64,000 nt of DNA from Felis catus (Eukaryota): contig NC_058368.1 in assembly GCF_018350175.1 (NCBI RefSeq), positions 136,774,001-136,838,000 on the forward strand, written 5' to 3'. Of this stretch, positions 10,902 through 23,815 are shown in pieces. The translations under genes and the position numbers were made by a program. Positions within the stretch are counted from its first letter, which is position 1, and the number at the start of each line of letters is the position of its first letter. The notes below the pieces were generated by a model. It was not told where the DNA came from and made no database searches. It saw nothing but the letters and a program-made list of their open reading frames with translations.

Positions 10902-11479
10902 CCCAACACTCTCTGTGTGTTTATATCCCACTCCCTCCAGACCCAGGCACAGCAGGGATGGAGAAAGTTAATGCCCTTCCAGCTGGTCCTTTTCTAGACA
11001 TTGGACGTAGTAGCTTCCTTCAGTTTTTTTCTGGTCTTCCAGGCAAATCAGCAAAGGTCTGGTAAGGTACTGACTCCACCTTCTCTCTCTTTATAATTAT
11101 AGTGCGAATTCCAAAGGTTTCTCTGTGTCCTTACAATGATCTTTCAATAAACTCCTCACTCTTGATTTCTTGGACTCTTGCATAATCCCAGATCACCATT
11201 TCCTCTTTGATCTTACCCTGTGCATCTTGAAAATCTATTGGAGTCATATATGCAGATTGACTTCTGGTCACCCCAGGTTCCTTTAATATGAGCAGTTCTT
11301 CTGGGTATTTCGTGGGGGGGGGGGGTACCTGGCAGTGTTTTCACAGATGATGCAGCATCATAATGACGCCTGCTTCCTGGGGTGATCTCACCATAAAAAA
11401 CAGGCACTGCTCCATTTTGTGGCTCAGACTCTCCTCAGTCAAACCCAAACTGCATGTTACTGTAATGCAGTCTCATGGA

Positions 11480-12466
11480 TTTGAATGCCACATGTAAGCT
11501 GATGACTTTTACAGTTTGTATCTCCAGTTTGTACCTCTTTGGTCTCCAAACTCATATCCATCTGTCAATTAAGAGCCCCGTGTGAATGGCCAATAAGGAC
11601 ATTTAAAATAACCCAAATCAAATTTAACATGCCCCCAAACAAATCCCTAATTTCCCCAAACTCCTTCTCTCCCTAGGCTATTCCACCTCAGGAAATGGCA
11701 AAGACATTACTCCACGTTGCTCAGATAAAAAATCTCAGGCGAGTCTGTGGATTCTACTTTCCAAATTCACCCAGTCCTACCCCTTCTCCTCACATTACTG
11801 TAACTACCTTTGTCTAAGCCTGCCATTTCTCTCCTGGATTACTGCAGTAGCCTCCTAGCTGATCCTCCTGTCTCCGCATTCACTCACCACAAAGCAGCTA
11901 GACCAGCAAACCCTCTGAAAATGTTACATCAGAGCATGCCACTGGATCCTTCAGATGAGTCATCTCAGAGTGAAGGCCAGCACCCTTCCTAATGGGCCAG
12001 GAAGACTTATAGCATCTGTCCCTTCCCTTACCCATCTCTCTGGCCTCTTCTCCAGCTCCTGTCCACCTTACACTTTCCACTCCAGCCACACCGACCTCCT
12101 TGCCAGTTGTCTGGCACTCTAGGCGGGTTTCCATCTGGGCTCTGGTTCCTCTGTCTGCTGCGCCTTTCCACAGGTAACACCGTGATTCTCACCCTCACCC
12201 CCATGGATCTTTCTTCAACAGTCATCTTCTCAGGAAGGCCTTCCCTACCCAGTGTTCCCTTCCTTTCCTTGCTTTGTCTCTCTGCCACGTATTACCACAT
12301 GACATTATTATGTACTTATGAATTAACTGTTGCCTTCCATAGAATGTATGTGCCATGAAGGAAGGGATCTTGGTCTACTTTGTTCCTTGCTGTATCCTCA
12401 GTGACTATTTTAATACTGCCCGACACATAATAGGTATTCAATAAATATTTGTTGAATGAATGAATG
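11480..12466 (+). mobile_element. LINE-2 3' fragment
   Basis: CCTGGATTACTGCAGTAGCCTCCTAGCTG motif and terminal CAATAAATATTTGTTGAATGAATGAATG. Confidence 0.8.
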
Positions 12467-12480
12467 TACTTAGTCTCAGA

Positions 12481-12660
12481 CTGGCACAGTGGTTATATGC
12501 TGTGATTGTTGGAAAGTGGGTTTGGAATCGGACAAATTTTGGTTCAAGCACTGTGAACCCACTTACTAGTTGTGTGGGCCTGGGCAAGTCATACGAGCCT
12601 CAGTTTTCTCCTCTGCAAAATGAGGGTAATAATCCCTGCCCTGCTAGGCTGTTGTAAGTA
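12481..12660 (+). mobile_element. MIR SINE
   Basis: CCACTTACTAGTTGTGTGGGCCTGGGCAAGTC...CCTCAGTTTTCTCCTCTGCAAAATG core. Confidence 0.8.
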
Positions 12661-13897
12661 GGTGGAATGAAATTAGGTAGAAAGGGGCATTCACAAAGAG
12701 GAGTTGTTGAATGTAATTTTTGTAGTCAAGATGGGTGCAACAATAAGCCAGAGCCTAGGAAACACAGACATCCTAAAGCGGCCCAGCATACGGTTATTGG
12801 AGGAAGATTTTAATGGGCATTGGTTTTACTCCACATACTATTTTAGGCATATTAACCAGGGAGGGTATTTTAAAGATTAGAATTTTGCACTCTGCAGAGA
12901 TGAAGGATCGTGGAAACCAAAGAAGCAAGTGACATTCTCTTATCACTGGGTCCATCAGAGAATGTACTTCTTAGAAATCTTTTATAAATCTTCCCTGTAG
13001 TCCTTGATCTAGCATTTAAATCCTAACATGGAATTTATTTTCAGATGCTTCTTACAAGAATAACCTTTGTTTTCTGAACATGTCCAGCTCAGATCTGGAA
13101 TCCCTAACATTCATATATAATAAACACAGCCTAAGAGTAAACAGCCTAAGAGTATTAAACAAAGATCCCAGTGGTAACCGCCACAATCTCAGGGGCATTG
13201 CTACTATCTTTTTTTGGACTTCCTTGACACCATACCATAATAGCATCCTCATGGCAGTGTGCAATGTCAGCAAAAAGGCCCACTCAATGGGGGGAAGGAA
13301 AGGTTATTTTCAAGCTAAGAAGCTGTTACTTAGAATAAAAGGCAATTTCCCTGGCATAATGATGTTGAAAAGCATTCCCCATTTTCTAAGGTAAGATTTT
13401 GTAAGTAAAGTAAAAAATTTATCATTGTCAGCGTTTGAAAAACTCAGCTCTGACGATTAATTACCATTTAATGAAAATACCATCACACCACATTTTCTGC
13501 TTTTATGATTCACTATAGCCAAAGCTCTCTGAGCCCATTTCAAACTTCATCCCTTCCTCACCACGCACTCCCAGCAAGGTTACTGGGTGCAATGGTGTTG
13601 AGTCCCACTGACTCATAGGCCACATCACTGCAGATCCCCAATTATATATTGCCATACAGCAAAATCATATAAATCATCATTTACTCTTTTCCATAATAGA
13701 CTCTGTTTAGGAAGAATAATGGCCCACCCTACATTACTGCGTATTTTATACTCATTTAGATAAGAAACTCATTATTTTATTAGTTAAATATTAAAATAAT
13801 TAGATATGTTAATTATTTTTTTAGCTTGAGAAATGCCATTTGTAAATGAGCCATTTGTACACACGTGCCCGTGGATGCCCTGCTCACACACCCTAGG

Positions 13898-14012
13898 CCA
13901 TGGCTTCTGACCTCAGGGCACTACTGACATTTTGGACCAGATACTTCTCTGCCATGGGGGCTTGTCCTATTGCATCGTACGATGTTTAGCAGCATTTACT
14001 CACTAGATGCTA
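13898..14012. mobile_element. MER20 DNA transposon fragment
   Basis: GGCACTACTGACATTTTGGACCAGATA...GATGTTTAGCAGCAT...CACTAGATGC. Confidence 0.7.
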
Positions 14013-14656
14013 TTTGATTCACAGTGAAAAAATGACTTTAATAAACAAATTTTGGGGGCCTTTGACTGCATGTAAAACCTACAACAAAAATACCACGCAC
14101 GTATCTGATATCCACGGCCAGCTACGAGGTATGAAAACAAAATGCAAAGTCTGGTGCCAAGGCAACAGAGCCCGAGAGGAGAGTAGGGCATTTCGCTGCT
14201 GCTCAGCAGTTTTCATGCTCCCCACTCTGGTAATACTGGAAATCAAGTGCGACAGGGACAGATGGGGAGGAAACAGAAGGCCAAATTATGAGCTGAAGTA
14301 TTAACAACATGCTTCAGGCCGTGATGGTCAGTAATTTACTGAGCAAAGGGGCCTTCTGATTGATCTTGAAACTTCCTCTGGATATAAGGGAGTGGCTGAA
14401 AAAGCCCAGCCCCTGATCAACTAAAATGTCACAAGTGACTTTTGGTCATGACCTTCTACCTAGGTACGACTCAGCTTTGCCCACCCACAAGACCCTGCGT
14501 TGGACGTGGCCTGCAGGTATGGATGGACGTAACACACAGGGTGGGCAGCAGTGCCAGCCAGTTTCCTCATTCAAGAATGGGATTGCTCCGGCCTCCGTCA
14601 CAGGGCTGCTTGAGGTGTCGGCACAGTTGTTCTCAAAAAATGTTACCGGGTGTGAT

Positions 14657-14887
14657 GGGGCGCCTGGGTGGTGCAGTCGGTTAAGCGTCCGACTTCAGCC
14701 AGGTCACGATCTCGCGGTCCGGGAGTTCAAGCCCCACGTCAGGCTCTGGGCTGATGGCTCAGAGCCTGGAGCCTGTTTCCAATTCTGTGTCTCCCTCTCT
14801 CTCTGCCCCTCCCCCGTTCATGCTCTGTCTCTCTCTGTCCCAAAAATAAATAAACGTTGAAAAAAAAAAAATTAAAAAAAAAAAAAA
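14657..14887 (+). mobile_element. Young felid Can-SINE (SINEC_Fc-type)
   Basis: GGGGCGCCTGGGTGGTGCAGTCGGTTAAGCGTCCGACTTCAGCCAGG..., long A tail; TSD GTTACCGGGTGTG[A/G]T at 14642-14656 and 14888-14902. Confidence 0.95.
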
Positions 14888-14999
14888 GTTACCGGGTGTG
14901 GTGCAAAGTCTGATGGAGAAGAAAGGTTAAAAATTTGTTGTTCACAATCAGAATCACCATGCTGATGGTGTGACTTCCTCTCTCCCTCCCTTCCCACAA

Positions 15000-15038
15000 A
15001 GATAAAGAATATACCAAAATAATCCCAGAACATTTATT
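15000..15038 (-). terminator. MRPS27: MRPS27 polyadenylation signal
   Basis: AATAAA on - at 15038-15033, upstream TGTA and U-rich motifs, downstream U/GU-rich sequence; ~1 kb after the stop codon. Confidence 0.7.
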
Positions 15039-16035
15039 TCCACAGGTTCTTGATTAAAAGAGCACGATCTTGAATAAAAGTATACCACTGTACTTACAGG
15101 CAAATGTATACAGCAAGCAGGAGCTGCCCCTGACCCCTTTCACAGAGAAACTTCAGGAAGGAATTTCCACTCCCTGGGAGGTTCACAGTTAATGTCTCCT
15201 ATGCACTACAAGCCCCATCCTGCCTCTCGTTTTCTCCTATTTCTCCAACGGCAATGTGTGTTCACAAGTTGCACATGTGTGCATGCGTGGACACAAAAGG
15301 CTCACTTTACCTCCTTGAAGAAGGAGCTGAGACAATGCTTTGGAAAGAAGTTACCCCAACGTGATGGAGAAGCCAAGCTCAGGAGGCTTCAGAGCTAGAG
15401 TTATCTTTCTCCTCAAAAACGCTTCCATTCTAAAAATGTTACTGTGGGTGCCTGAAATTTGAAAGCCAGTGGGTTCATGGTGTCATGTTCATTCCTGTCC
15501 TCAATTTCTTCCCAGTTTAGGTCTGCAGAGCAGAGACATGGGGGAGGGAGAAAGTGAGATGTGTGGGTGTCCCACACCCAGCTCAGGCTGGGAGGACACT
15601 GAGGGGGAGGAGGCCTCAGGACGTGCAGTTTGCCTGCTGGGGAGAGAGGCCACTCAGAAGCCTGTGCTCAAGACCAGGCTGTTCAAACACGGCCTCTCCC
15701 TCCACCACTGCTATGTATCAGGGACTTTCAATGTTCAACACTGATCCCTGACCCCGGAAACCCCACCATAAGCCTTGATAGCACCTTTTTAAGGTGTTTA
15801 GCTGGGGCTTCAGTCTGATCATCTGCCACTCAGAGCTCAGCAGCCCTCCTAGGCATCTGATGGGAAGTCACAGTGCCTTAATATATTGAACACTGTGGCT
15901 TTCTGTCACAAGCAGCCTGCTTGAGGAAAAGGAGACGACGGGCAGAGGAAGCTGAGGCTGCCATCATGGTCAGCAAGAATCCTAGGACGGGGCCTAGTGA
16001 AGTTCCTCTGTGGGGTCTGGGGGCCTGAGGGCCTG

Positions 16036-16275
16036 TTAGGCAGATGCCTTTGCTGCCCTCCGGGCCTCATGCTCCTGCTTTGCCTTCTCCCTCTGCTCCT
16101 GTTCCCTCTGAATCAAGTGTACCCGTTCCAGATGCCATTGTTGCAGCTTCTGCTCATAGGTTGCGATATCCTCTGCTTCAAAGGTGGGGAGCTGTTCCTT
16201 GACGAGCTGGATGGTCAGAGTCAAAGGACTTTCTGATTCAACTTTGCCCAAAGCCTCAAGCTTAGAATGTAAGTC
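16036..16275 (-). CDS. MRPS27: MRPS27 last coding exon (mitochondrial small-subunit ribosomal protein mS27)
   Basis: ttcttcgcttccaac[20 protein letters not shown]...[13 protein letters not shown]...RAAKASA then TAA; 240 nt. Confidence 0.95.
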   Translation of the reverse strand, partial: DLHSKLEALGKVESESPLTLTIQLVKEQLPTFEAEDIATYEQKLQQWHLERVHLIQREQEQREKAKQEHEARRAAKASA

Positions 16276-16803
16276 CTGTTGGAAGCGAAGAAAAAAAGAG
16301 GGGATGGGGTGAGGGAGGAGGGTGCAGGTGGGAGAATACAAAGAAGAAAAGAGATTAAATCACTTGCAAAATGTCCACACGTTCTGCTTACAGGCAAAGG
16401 CACTTTGCTGGGAACGTGTCATGCTGCCTTTCATCTAGGCACTGTTAGCATTTGCTTTTTTTTTTTTTTTTTTTCAGTCCAGCAATTTTGCTAAGATGCA
16501 CCACATGTGCTCTCTCTCCCTTCACTCACAAACAGTAAATGGAACTCCATATGCTGTGATTCTGTATGTAATTTCTTGTTTTAAACCACAAAGACAGCAC
16601 GAGTATAACAAATCTACATTTCCACTCTGACTTACACCAAACCAAGCAGCCAACTCCCAGAGCAAAGAACTCTTAAGATGCACACAAAATGGCAGAAGCA
16701 GCTGATAAACTGGAGCTAGCTGGTCTGTATCTTTTCTTTCTGAATAAGTGAGATAAATGCTTGTCTACCAGCATTCCCTTCAACAGATGGAACCCAGTGC
16801 AAG

Positions 16804-16806
<3 letters not shown>

Positions 16807-16850
<44 letters not shown>
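16807..16850. repeat. T44 homopolymer (A44 on the MRPS27 sense strand)
   Basis: Direct reading. Confidence 0.95.
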
Positions 16851-16853
<3 letters not shown>

Positions 16854-18805
16854 AATGGCATGCTAAACAGCTCCCAGGAGTCCTTGCACTATTATAAGCT
16901 TCCACCTGCTGTGTTCCATTGCAGGTCAACCTTTACAAACTGACTGCTCACAGCTCCATCTGAAATGGCATCTTGGTTTGGTCGGTATTATATTCCTGGA
17001 GAAGTGAAGTACTAAAAACACTAATACACTTAAGTGCTTCAGGATGTAGATCATCAAGAGAGAGTCACTAATGGCCCCAGCTCTAGCTTAAACCACACCT
17101 CCCCATGTTCCAAAAACAAATGCCATTCACTGGCTTAGGTGATGAGGCCTGCTCCAATAAGGGGAGGAAGGTGGGCAGAATCCATGTGTCAAGCCGTGGC
17201 TACAGGCCTAGTGTGATGGGTCAAGCCTATAAAAATGGACCCCGAATTACCTGAGACTATAAAAATCAGGCAACAGGAAGAAAAGGAAATGTACAATGAA
17301 AATTATTTCGTTCTGGTATCACTTTCCATGTGGTTTGAGGCCAAGGAGACACCTTGGGACACCAGAATGACAACTCAAATCTGAGCCAGCAAACTTCTGT
17401 TCAAATCCCCCATCAGTCACTTATGGGCAAGTTTCTCTCAGCCTGGTGTCATGTAACGTAGGAAAAGCAGCACCGACCCGCAGAGCCACAGGGAAGATAA
17501 ATGAAATGCACTGGTGCCTAATACACGGCTAGCAGCCAATAAATATTTGTCTCTTTTTGTTTTGATTTTCAAAAAAATGCATCTGTCGAAGAATGAGGAC
17601 TAAGAATTTAATGCAGCACGGATTTCTACTCTCTTGAGATTAAATGTAAGGAACAAGAGAAAGAGGTGGTCATCTTGAGGAGTGTTGTGGCAGCCTTGGT
17701 CAATATGAATATGGTAGATGATAAACTATGAGGCTAAACTATGGATGATTTTTTGTTTGTTCTTCAGCCTTTTTAAATCTGCAAAGTTAAGAGAAACGAA
17801 CAGGTATGTAAATTTGTAACTTAGCTGCCAATTCTCTGTGTACCTAATATTAACCTTTCTTTCTTAGTTTTCAAATTATAAAAGAGGGACACGGAACGAT
17901 GACTTTACAGAAGTACCAGGAGAAACAGCTGCTACAAGTACAGTGGAGTCCTCCCTATAACACGGGGAAATAGGTATCCCATAGCTGGTTCAATATAATT
18001 ACTGAACAGATCTAAGTGTAATAATCAGGCAAAATGACACCTGTCTGTCTCAAAATGACACAACAGTTCAGCTGGCATGGATGGGAAGGTTTTCTGTTTC
18101 ATGCAAAGAATTCTCCTTTAGACAGCATATTTTTCTCTTTGCACTAAATATATTAAAAACAAAGCAAGGAAGAGGCCAAGGGGTTAACCTCTGAACATAG
18201 CTCTTCTTCCCTGACTCTGATCACAGAGGATTTGGGGACATACAGTTGAAATGTACCAATGGCAGCTTGAGCGCTCAGATCTGTTCTGAAAAGACACGGT
18301 GGAAACTTGTTCACCTCTTCCATGCAGTCCAAGTAAGTCTTCTCAGGGCCTGAGTGCACAACTCAAAGCCAAGCAACAGAAGACACCGGCATCTGATCTC
18401 CATCGTACTCAAATTGGGCTTTTTATTTCTATTTTGGTTTTTGGGTTATCGAGCACATTAGCGCAATATAGAGAAATGACCAGATCCTTTCCAGCTGGGG
18501 ATGGAGTCAGGTGACTGCTCTGAGGCGGCAAGCTATTACCCATGCATCAGGCACATGTCAGGGATGAGTGGGTAATGACCTGCTGCCCCAGTGACAAAAC
18601 TGTGACTGATTAGCTCACGTACAAAAAGGAGCATAAAAATTCCATTTATTACTTTTAAGACCACTTCCTGTTTGAAGCATGATTTCTGATGTCAGTTTTC
18701 ATGCCTTTGTGTGGGACACTGATGCATGAAAGGGCTGCCTATCATGACAGAAAAGAAGCACGCATAATGCACAGCTCAGAGGGGCTCAATTCTGCTACGA
18801 CGCAC

Positions 18806-18973
18806 CTTAAATCGTTCCAGGTATTGGGGAAGCTTGGACTGTTCAGTTTCCTCCACGTCCAACTGCTCCACCAGTTCTTCTGAGCCCTGGCTGTCTTCTT
18901 CTTGGGGCTGTGCCTCTGAAGACCCACAGGCTGGAGCAGTCACAGCCTTCAGCGTTCTGTCTAGCACATCCAG
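18806..18973 (-). CDS. MRPS27: MRPS27 exon (exon 10 in human numbering)
   Basis: ccac[19 protein letters not shown]...[25 protein letters not shown]; 168 nt, phase 0/0. Confidence 0.95.
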
Positions 18974-20924
18974 CTGTGGAGAGGACAAAGGGGCAGGGAC
19001 TAAGCATCCTGTGAAGCACCCTGAAAACACGCTGTTAAGAGAGGGTAGGGAAGGGATAGGAAGGAACAGCTGGGATCTGAAGACTAGTGAACTCTTTCTC
19101 TTATAAAATTATAGGAAAGAGACACGGTTATATGATTTTACATGAGAAACACCCTGTCAGATGGCATGGACAACTTAGTACAAAACAAATGGTACAGATC
19201 AGCAAGCTCAGAATTCTTTGTATATGAGTCAGCACAATGGCATTTGATTTCACCTTTAGTCAACTGGGCAGGAATCCAAAAATTATGTTCAATGGGTACT
19301 CAAAGTAATCCCTTTTCCAGGTCGTTCTTCCCCAACCAGTTTGGAAGTGGGAGAAGGAGAGAAAAACTGCCACAGAGCGCAACCAACAGAGGACCATTGT
19401 GAATATGCGCAAGAGAGACTCTGAATCCAGGCCAAGCACTTCCTTCACAGAAAGACTGTGGCTCGCGAGGTTTCTGTAAATTAGGGAGCTGCACAACCCT
19501 CATAAGCTACTGACAGAGACTTGACAGGCATACGTGAAATCCACAACGAGGTGATCTCTGTGACTTAGAAAGTAAATAAATTATAAAACAGAGGGCTCCT
19601 TTTTCTTTTGGCCTGTCGCCCACCACATTCACTTTGGGGCACACCTTCCCTTGACCCACCGAGGGCCTAATCATTCTACAACCTCAAGGTCAGCATTAGC
19701 ACCTGCTTAGATACCAATTAATCCTACCATGTCACATTAGAACAAAAATCTAGGAAATACTCCAAGTCTTTTAATGCCATTACTACATTATACCCACACC
19801 TAACACATATCCCATTCTTGCTGACATCCAAATCATATTCTTATTAGGACAGATCACAAAGAATACAAATCTGGCTTAGGTTGGAAGGACTAATTTCTCT
19901 GGCAAAGGATTTATGTATAATTCTGTGTTTTTTACCACCAGAACTGACTACAACAGGGTTAAATATGAGTATGTATTTAGGAATGTGGATGTTCTGTTAT
20001 AAATATCTACCAAAGAACATGATGATTCACTAGACATCAGTATCTGGTCAATACAGGCACCAGACTTGCATATCTTCATGATGAAAATGAAGCCAAGGAG
20101 TGAGCCCTAGTGACTGGAATCAAGGGAAAACAAAGAATGAGCTCAAAGTTAACTTTTACATCCTGGTAATTCAACAACCAACATCCATCTAGGCCTCCCT
20201 CTGAAGATGTAAACGGCTTGGACAGGAGTGGACACTGGCTGTCTGTGGGGCAGGAGGCTTTCATGTGGCTCTGAGATAATACGTTTCCTATGGGCTAAGT
20301 CCGGTGGTTCCAGTGTCAAGAGCCTTAGGTGACTGAGAAATGCGCTGGGGCCATAGGGAGACAGTGGCCCAGTCCAGGTAAGAGGGACTGAGGACTCTGC
20401 AGGGAACGTCCGACCCACATCCTCCAGCACCGTGCGTTCACCACAGAATCGTTTCATAGAAGCAAAACAAGACTGTGCCATCTCTAGCCCCCAGATTCCT
20501 CTCTTGAGGGCTTTTATGGGGGATAATAATTGCCATGCAGTCTCCCGGGGCTACAAGGGTACAGAAAGGCCAAAAAATAAGATGAAATATTAACCTCTCT
20601 TGAGCTGCCACTGAGTTTTACTGGGGGAGAGAGTGGTAGTGTGGGCAGTGTTTTACTGAACTCAGTTTAAATTTCAGGAGACAGGGATAGTTTTCCTCCA
20701 CACACTGAGCTAGAGAGTCAACGCTACTCTTATTCTCTAATACTTCTGGTCAGGAACATTGAGAATGTGTGCCGTTTTTCATTCCCTTCCCACTGGAGAA
20801 GTACACGATTCTACAGAAGTACAGAAAGGAGGGGGAGGGGAAGAAAATGAAAACAGATTCACAGCCTGGCTCACAGGGAACAGGAGACGGCTAAAGCACA
20901 CTGAATTAGAGCCGAAGGACGTAC

Positions 20925-21067
20925 CGCTTCTGCACACAGCTTCCCGTCCTCTGGGGACGAGGCCACCTTCTCCATCACTTGAAGGGCTCTGTTGAGGTAG
21001 CCGGGTTGCCACAGCAGAGGCATGTTATGGTACACAGCCCGGAGCCCTCGCTGCAACTCCACCTTCC
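20925..21067 (-). CDS. MRPS27: MRPS27 exon (exon 9)
   Basis: ccacAG|GG AAG; (G)[56 protein letters not shown]; 143 nt, phase 1/0. Confidence 0.95.
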
Positions 21068-22216
21068 CTGTGGCCAAAAAGAACAATGAAGATGGCTCAG
21101 GCATGGCTTCCCACTACTTTTGAGGCCGAGGACTTGAAAGCAAAGTGAATATGCACCTGGCAGCTCTAGAAATCAAGAATCATTTCAAATATGTACCAAG
21201 AGCTTCATCCTGGCGAGTGACCTGGTGCCATTTCAGATGGATGATGAAGAATATGGTAAATTCACCAAATCCATTTTTTAAATACGAAACTGTACAAATT
21301 TGCTTTTTTTCTTTTGTACTTGGGCTGGTGGAAATTATCATGAGGATGTATGAATCACAGGGCTGAGGGAAGTTTAGAAAGGTTGATATATCTGTCTCTT
21401 TAAGTGGAACTACCCTTATAAAACGAGTCAAACAACTGAAATACTATTTTTGTTTCAAGAACAAAATCTTCCTCAGAAAAAGAATTCCCACAATTCTCCT
21501 ACAGTGAAAATCTCGTCAACATATGACAACTTTCCCTGCCAGCAAATGTTTGACATTTTTCAAAACGCTCCAAAACATCCCATCGACTGTCCTTTATTTG
21601 AGCTTCATCGGTACTTAAGCCATAAAGTCTGCATCATCCTTCTTGGATCTCGGGACATGAATGTTTTTCTTGATTCCTCAAACCGTCACAAGTGGAGCTC
21701 CAGACATGGACACCAGACACCAGGGGCCTCAGGTGGGGCGAGGGGCTGTCTCTGTGTTCCTGGGGAATAGAAGCCCTCTCTGCACGGATGGCCAAAGTCA
21801 CCTTGAGCTGCCAGGTCTTAAAGCCACCTTAACTTATCGTTCCTGGGAAGGAGGATTGGGAGGGCTATAGTAGGGCAGAAATAGACAAAGCTTATCAGGT
21901 GACAGCTAATTTTAGACTTTAAGATACTTGGGGCTGGACTGCAGTCACATTCTGGGAAAGCTGCTTCCACTGGGGCCGGGTGAGGCCGTGCAGCACATGA
22001 CACAGTGAGAGCAAAGAGCTTTTTCATCTGACAGCCACCAGTCCCGAAGCACCAGGGCCTCTGCAGAGACAGTGGTGACCACATACATTTTCTTAGTCCT
22101 GACGGCTCTCTGAATAATTCACATAGTATAACAGTTCCGAATGATCACCTGAAGGCAAAGGCAAAACGCATAAGCCAACAGCAAAAGGAGATGGCATATA
22201 AGGAGAAAACGATTTT

Positions 22217-22660
22217 ATTTTTTATTTAAAAAAATAAAAAAAAAATTTTTTAATGTTTGTTTATTTTTGAGAGACAGAGACAGAGCACGAGCAGGGGAAA
22301 GGCAGAGAGAGAGGGAGACACAGAATCTGAAGCAGGCTCCAGGCTCTAAGCTGCCAGCACAGAGCCTACGTGGGGCTCAAACCCATGAACCAGGAGATCA
22401 TGACCTGAGCCTAAGTTGGATGCTTAACCAAATGAGCCACTCAGGGGCCCCTAAAATTTTTCTAACGTTTATTTATTTTTGAGAAAGAGACAGTGTGAGT
22501 GGGGGAGGAGCAGAAAGAGAGGGAGACACAGAATCCAGAGCAGGCTCCAGGCTCCAAGCTGTCAGCACAGAGCCTGACGCAGGGCTTGAACTTGCAAACT
22601 GCAAGATCATAACCTGAGCTGAAGTCAGACACTTAACCGAGTGCGCCACCCAGGTGCTCC
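22217..22660 (-). mobile_element. Two nested Can-SINEs (inner ~22251-22451, outer body ~22462-22660)
   Basis: Two reverse SINE bodies; outer TSD GAGAAAAC[G/A]ATTTT at 22203-22216 and 22661-22674. Confidence 0.9.
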
Positions 22661-23596
22661 GAGAAAACAATTTTTAAAAAAGAGTGGTCAATTTCTTTTG
22701 CTAGTCTGATAGCCAATTGATAAACTCTAAATTCCTTTCCCTACATCAGTCTATATTAGAATCAGCACCCGAGAATGCCACACTACATTTTGTTGGTGAA
22801 GATCAATTTCAAAACTGCTAAAACTTTGATGATTTTCATAAAACAAAGGTAAGTCAAAGCAGTGCATGGTCAAGAGAAGGTACCTTCTGAAATGCCTGTC
22901 TACTTAAGACAAAGAATGGAAGAACAATGAAATAATATGCATTTAAGAAACTCTGTAAATCAGGACACATTTTATGCACACTTAGGTTGGATGTTAACTG
23001 CCCTGATTTCATACAACTCAAGTTCTGAGGCTTCGATCTCCTGACCTGTCTTTCAATTCAGTCAGGGAATGAAAGTAAAGCAACCAATCCCCTGCTTGGC
23101 CCAGTCACACTGTGCCAAATGAACCTCTCTGCTTTCTCTAAGTGTTACTAGACATGCTGTCTGAGCTTCCCTTCCCTCACCTGAAAACGATACCAAGGAT
23201 GCGAGTTCAACCCTAAGTCTTGATTTCTTACCTCCTGGACTTCAGGTCTAAAAGAGACAGAAAGATCTTTGTTAATACTGGGAAACATTTTACTAGCTGG
23301 CTGGTTTTCCCAAGAGAAGGCCAGAACTTTCCATTCTTTATCCCTTCCTCACATTGATTACCACAAAATATGATCCAAAGCCACCAGAACTAGTTTTCAC
23401 CTTACCAGTGGTAACAGGTTTTAGAAGCCTCTTTATTGTCTCTTAAGGCATAAGTCCATAAGTGTAAAGCTACCAAGGTCTATTTTTACGTATAAAAATG
23501 AAAGCTGTAGCATATGAATACAATCATACATGATGTATGAATAAAGCTGTATGAATAAAATCATTAGCACACTGAAATCAAAATAAAAATTTATTA

Positions 23597-23815
<219 letters not shown>

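Noticed and set aside
14426..14860. 144-aa ORF and many similar ORFs ending in ...CVSLSLCPSP or ...ERERETQ
   Set aside because: Translations of Can-SINE sequence, not genes
15053..15078. + strand ATTAAA/AATAAA suggesting a bidirectional poly(A) site
   Set aside because: They are the complements of U-rich upstream elements of the MRPS27 site, and no GU-rich element follows on +
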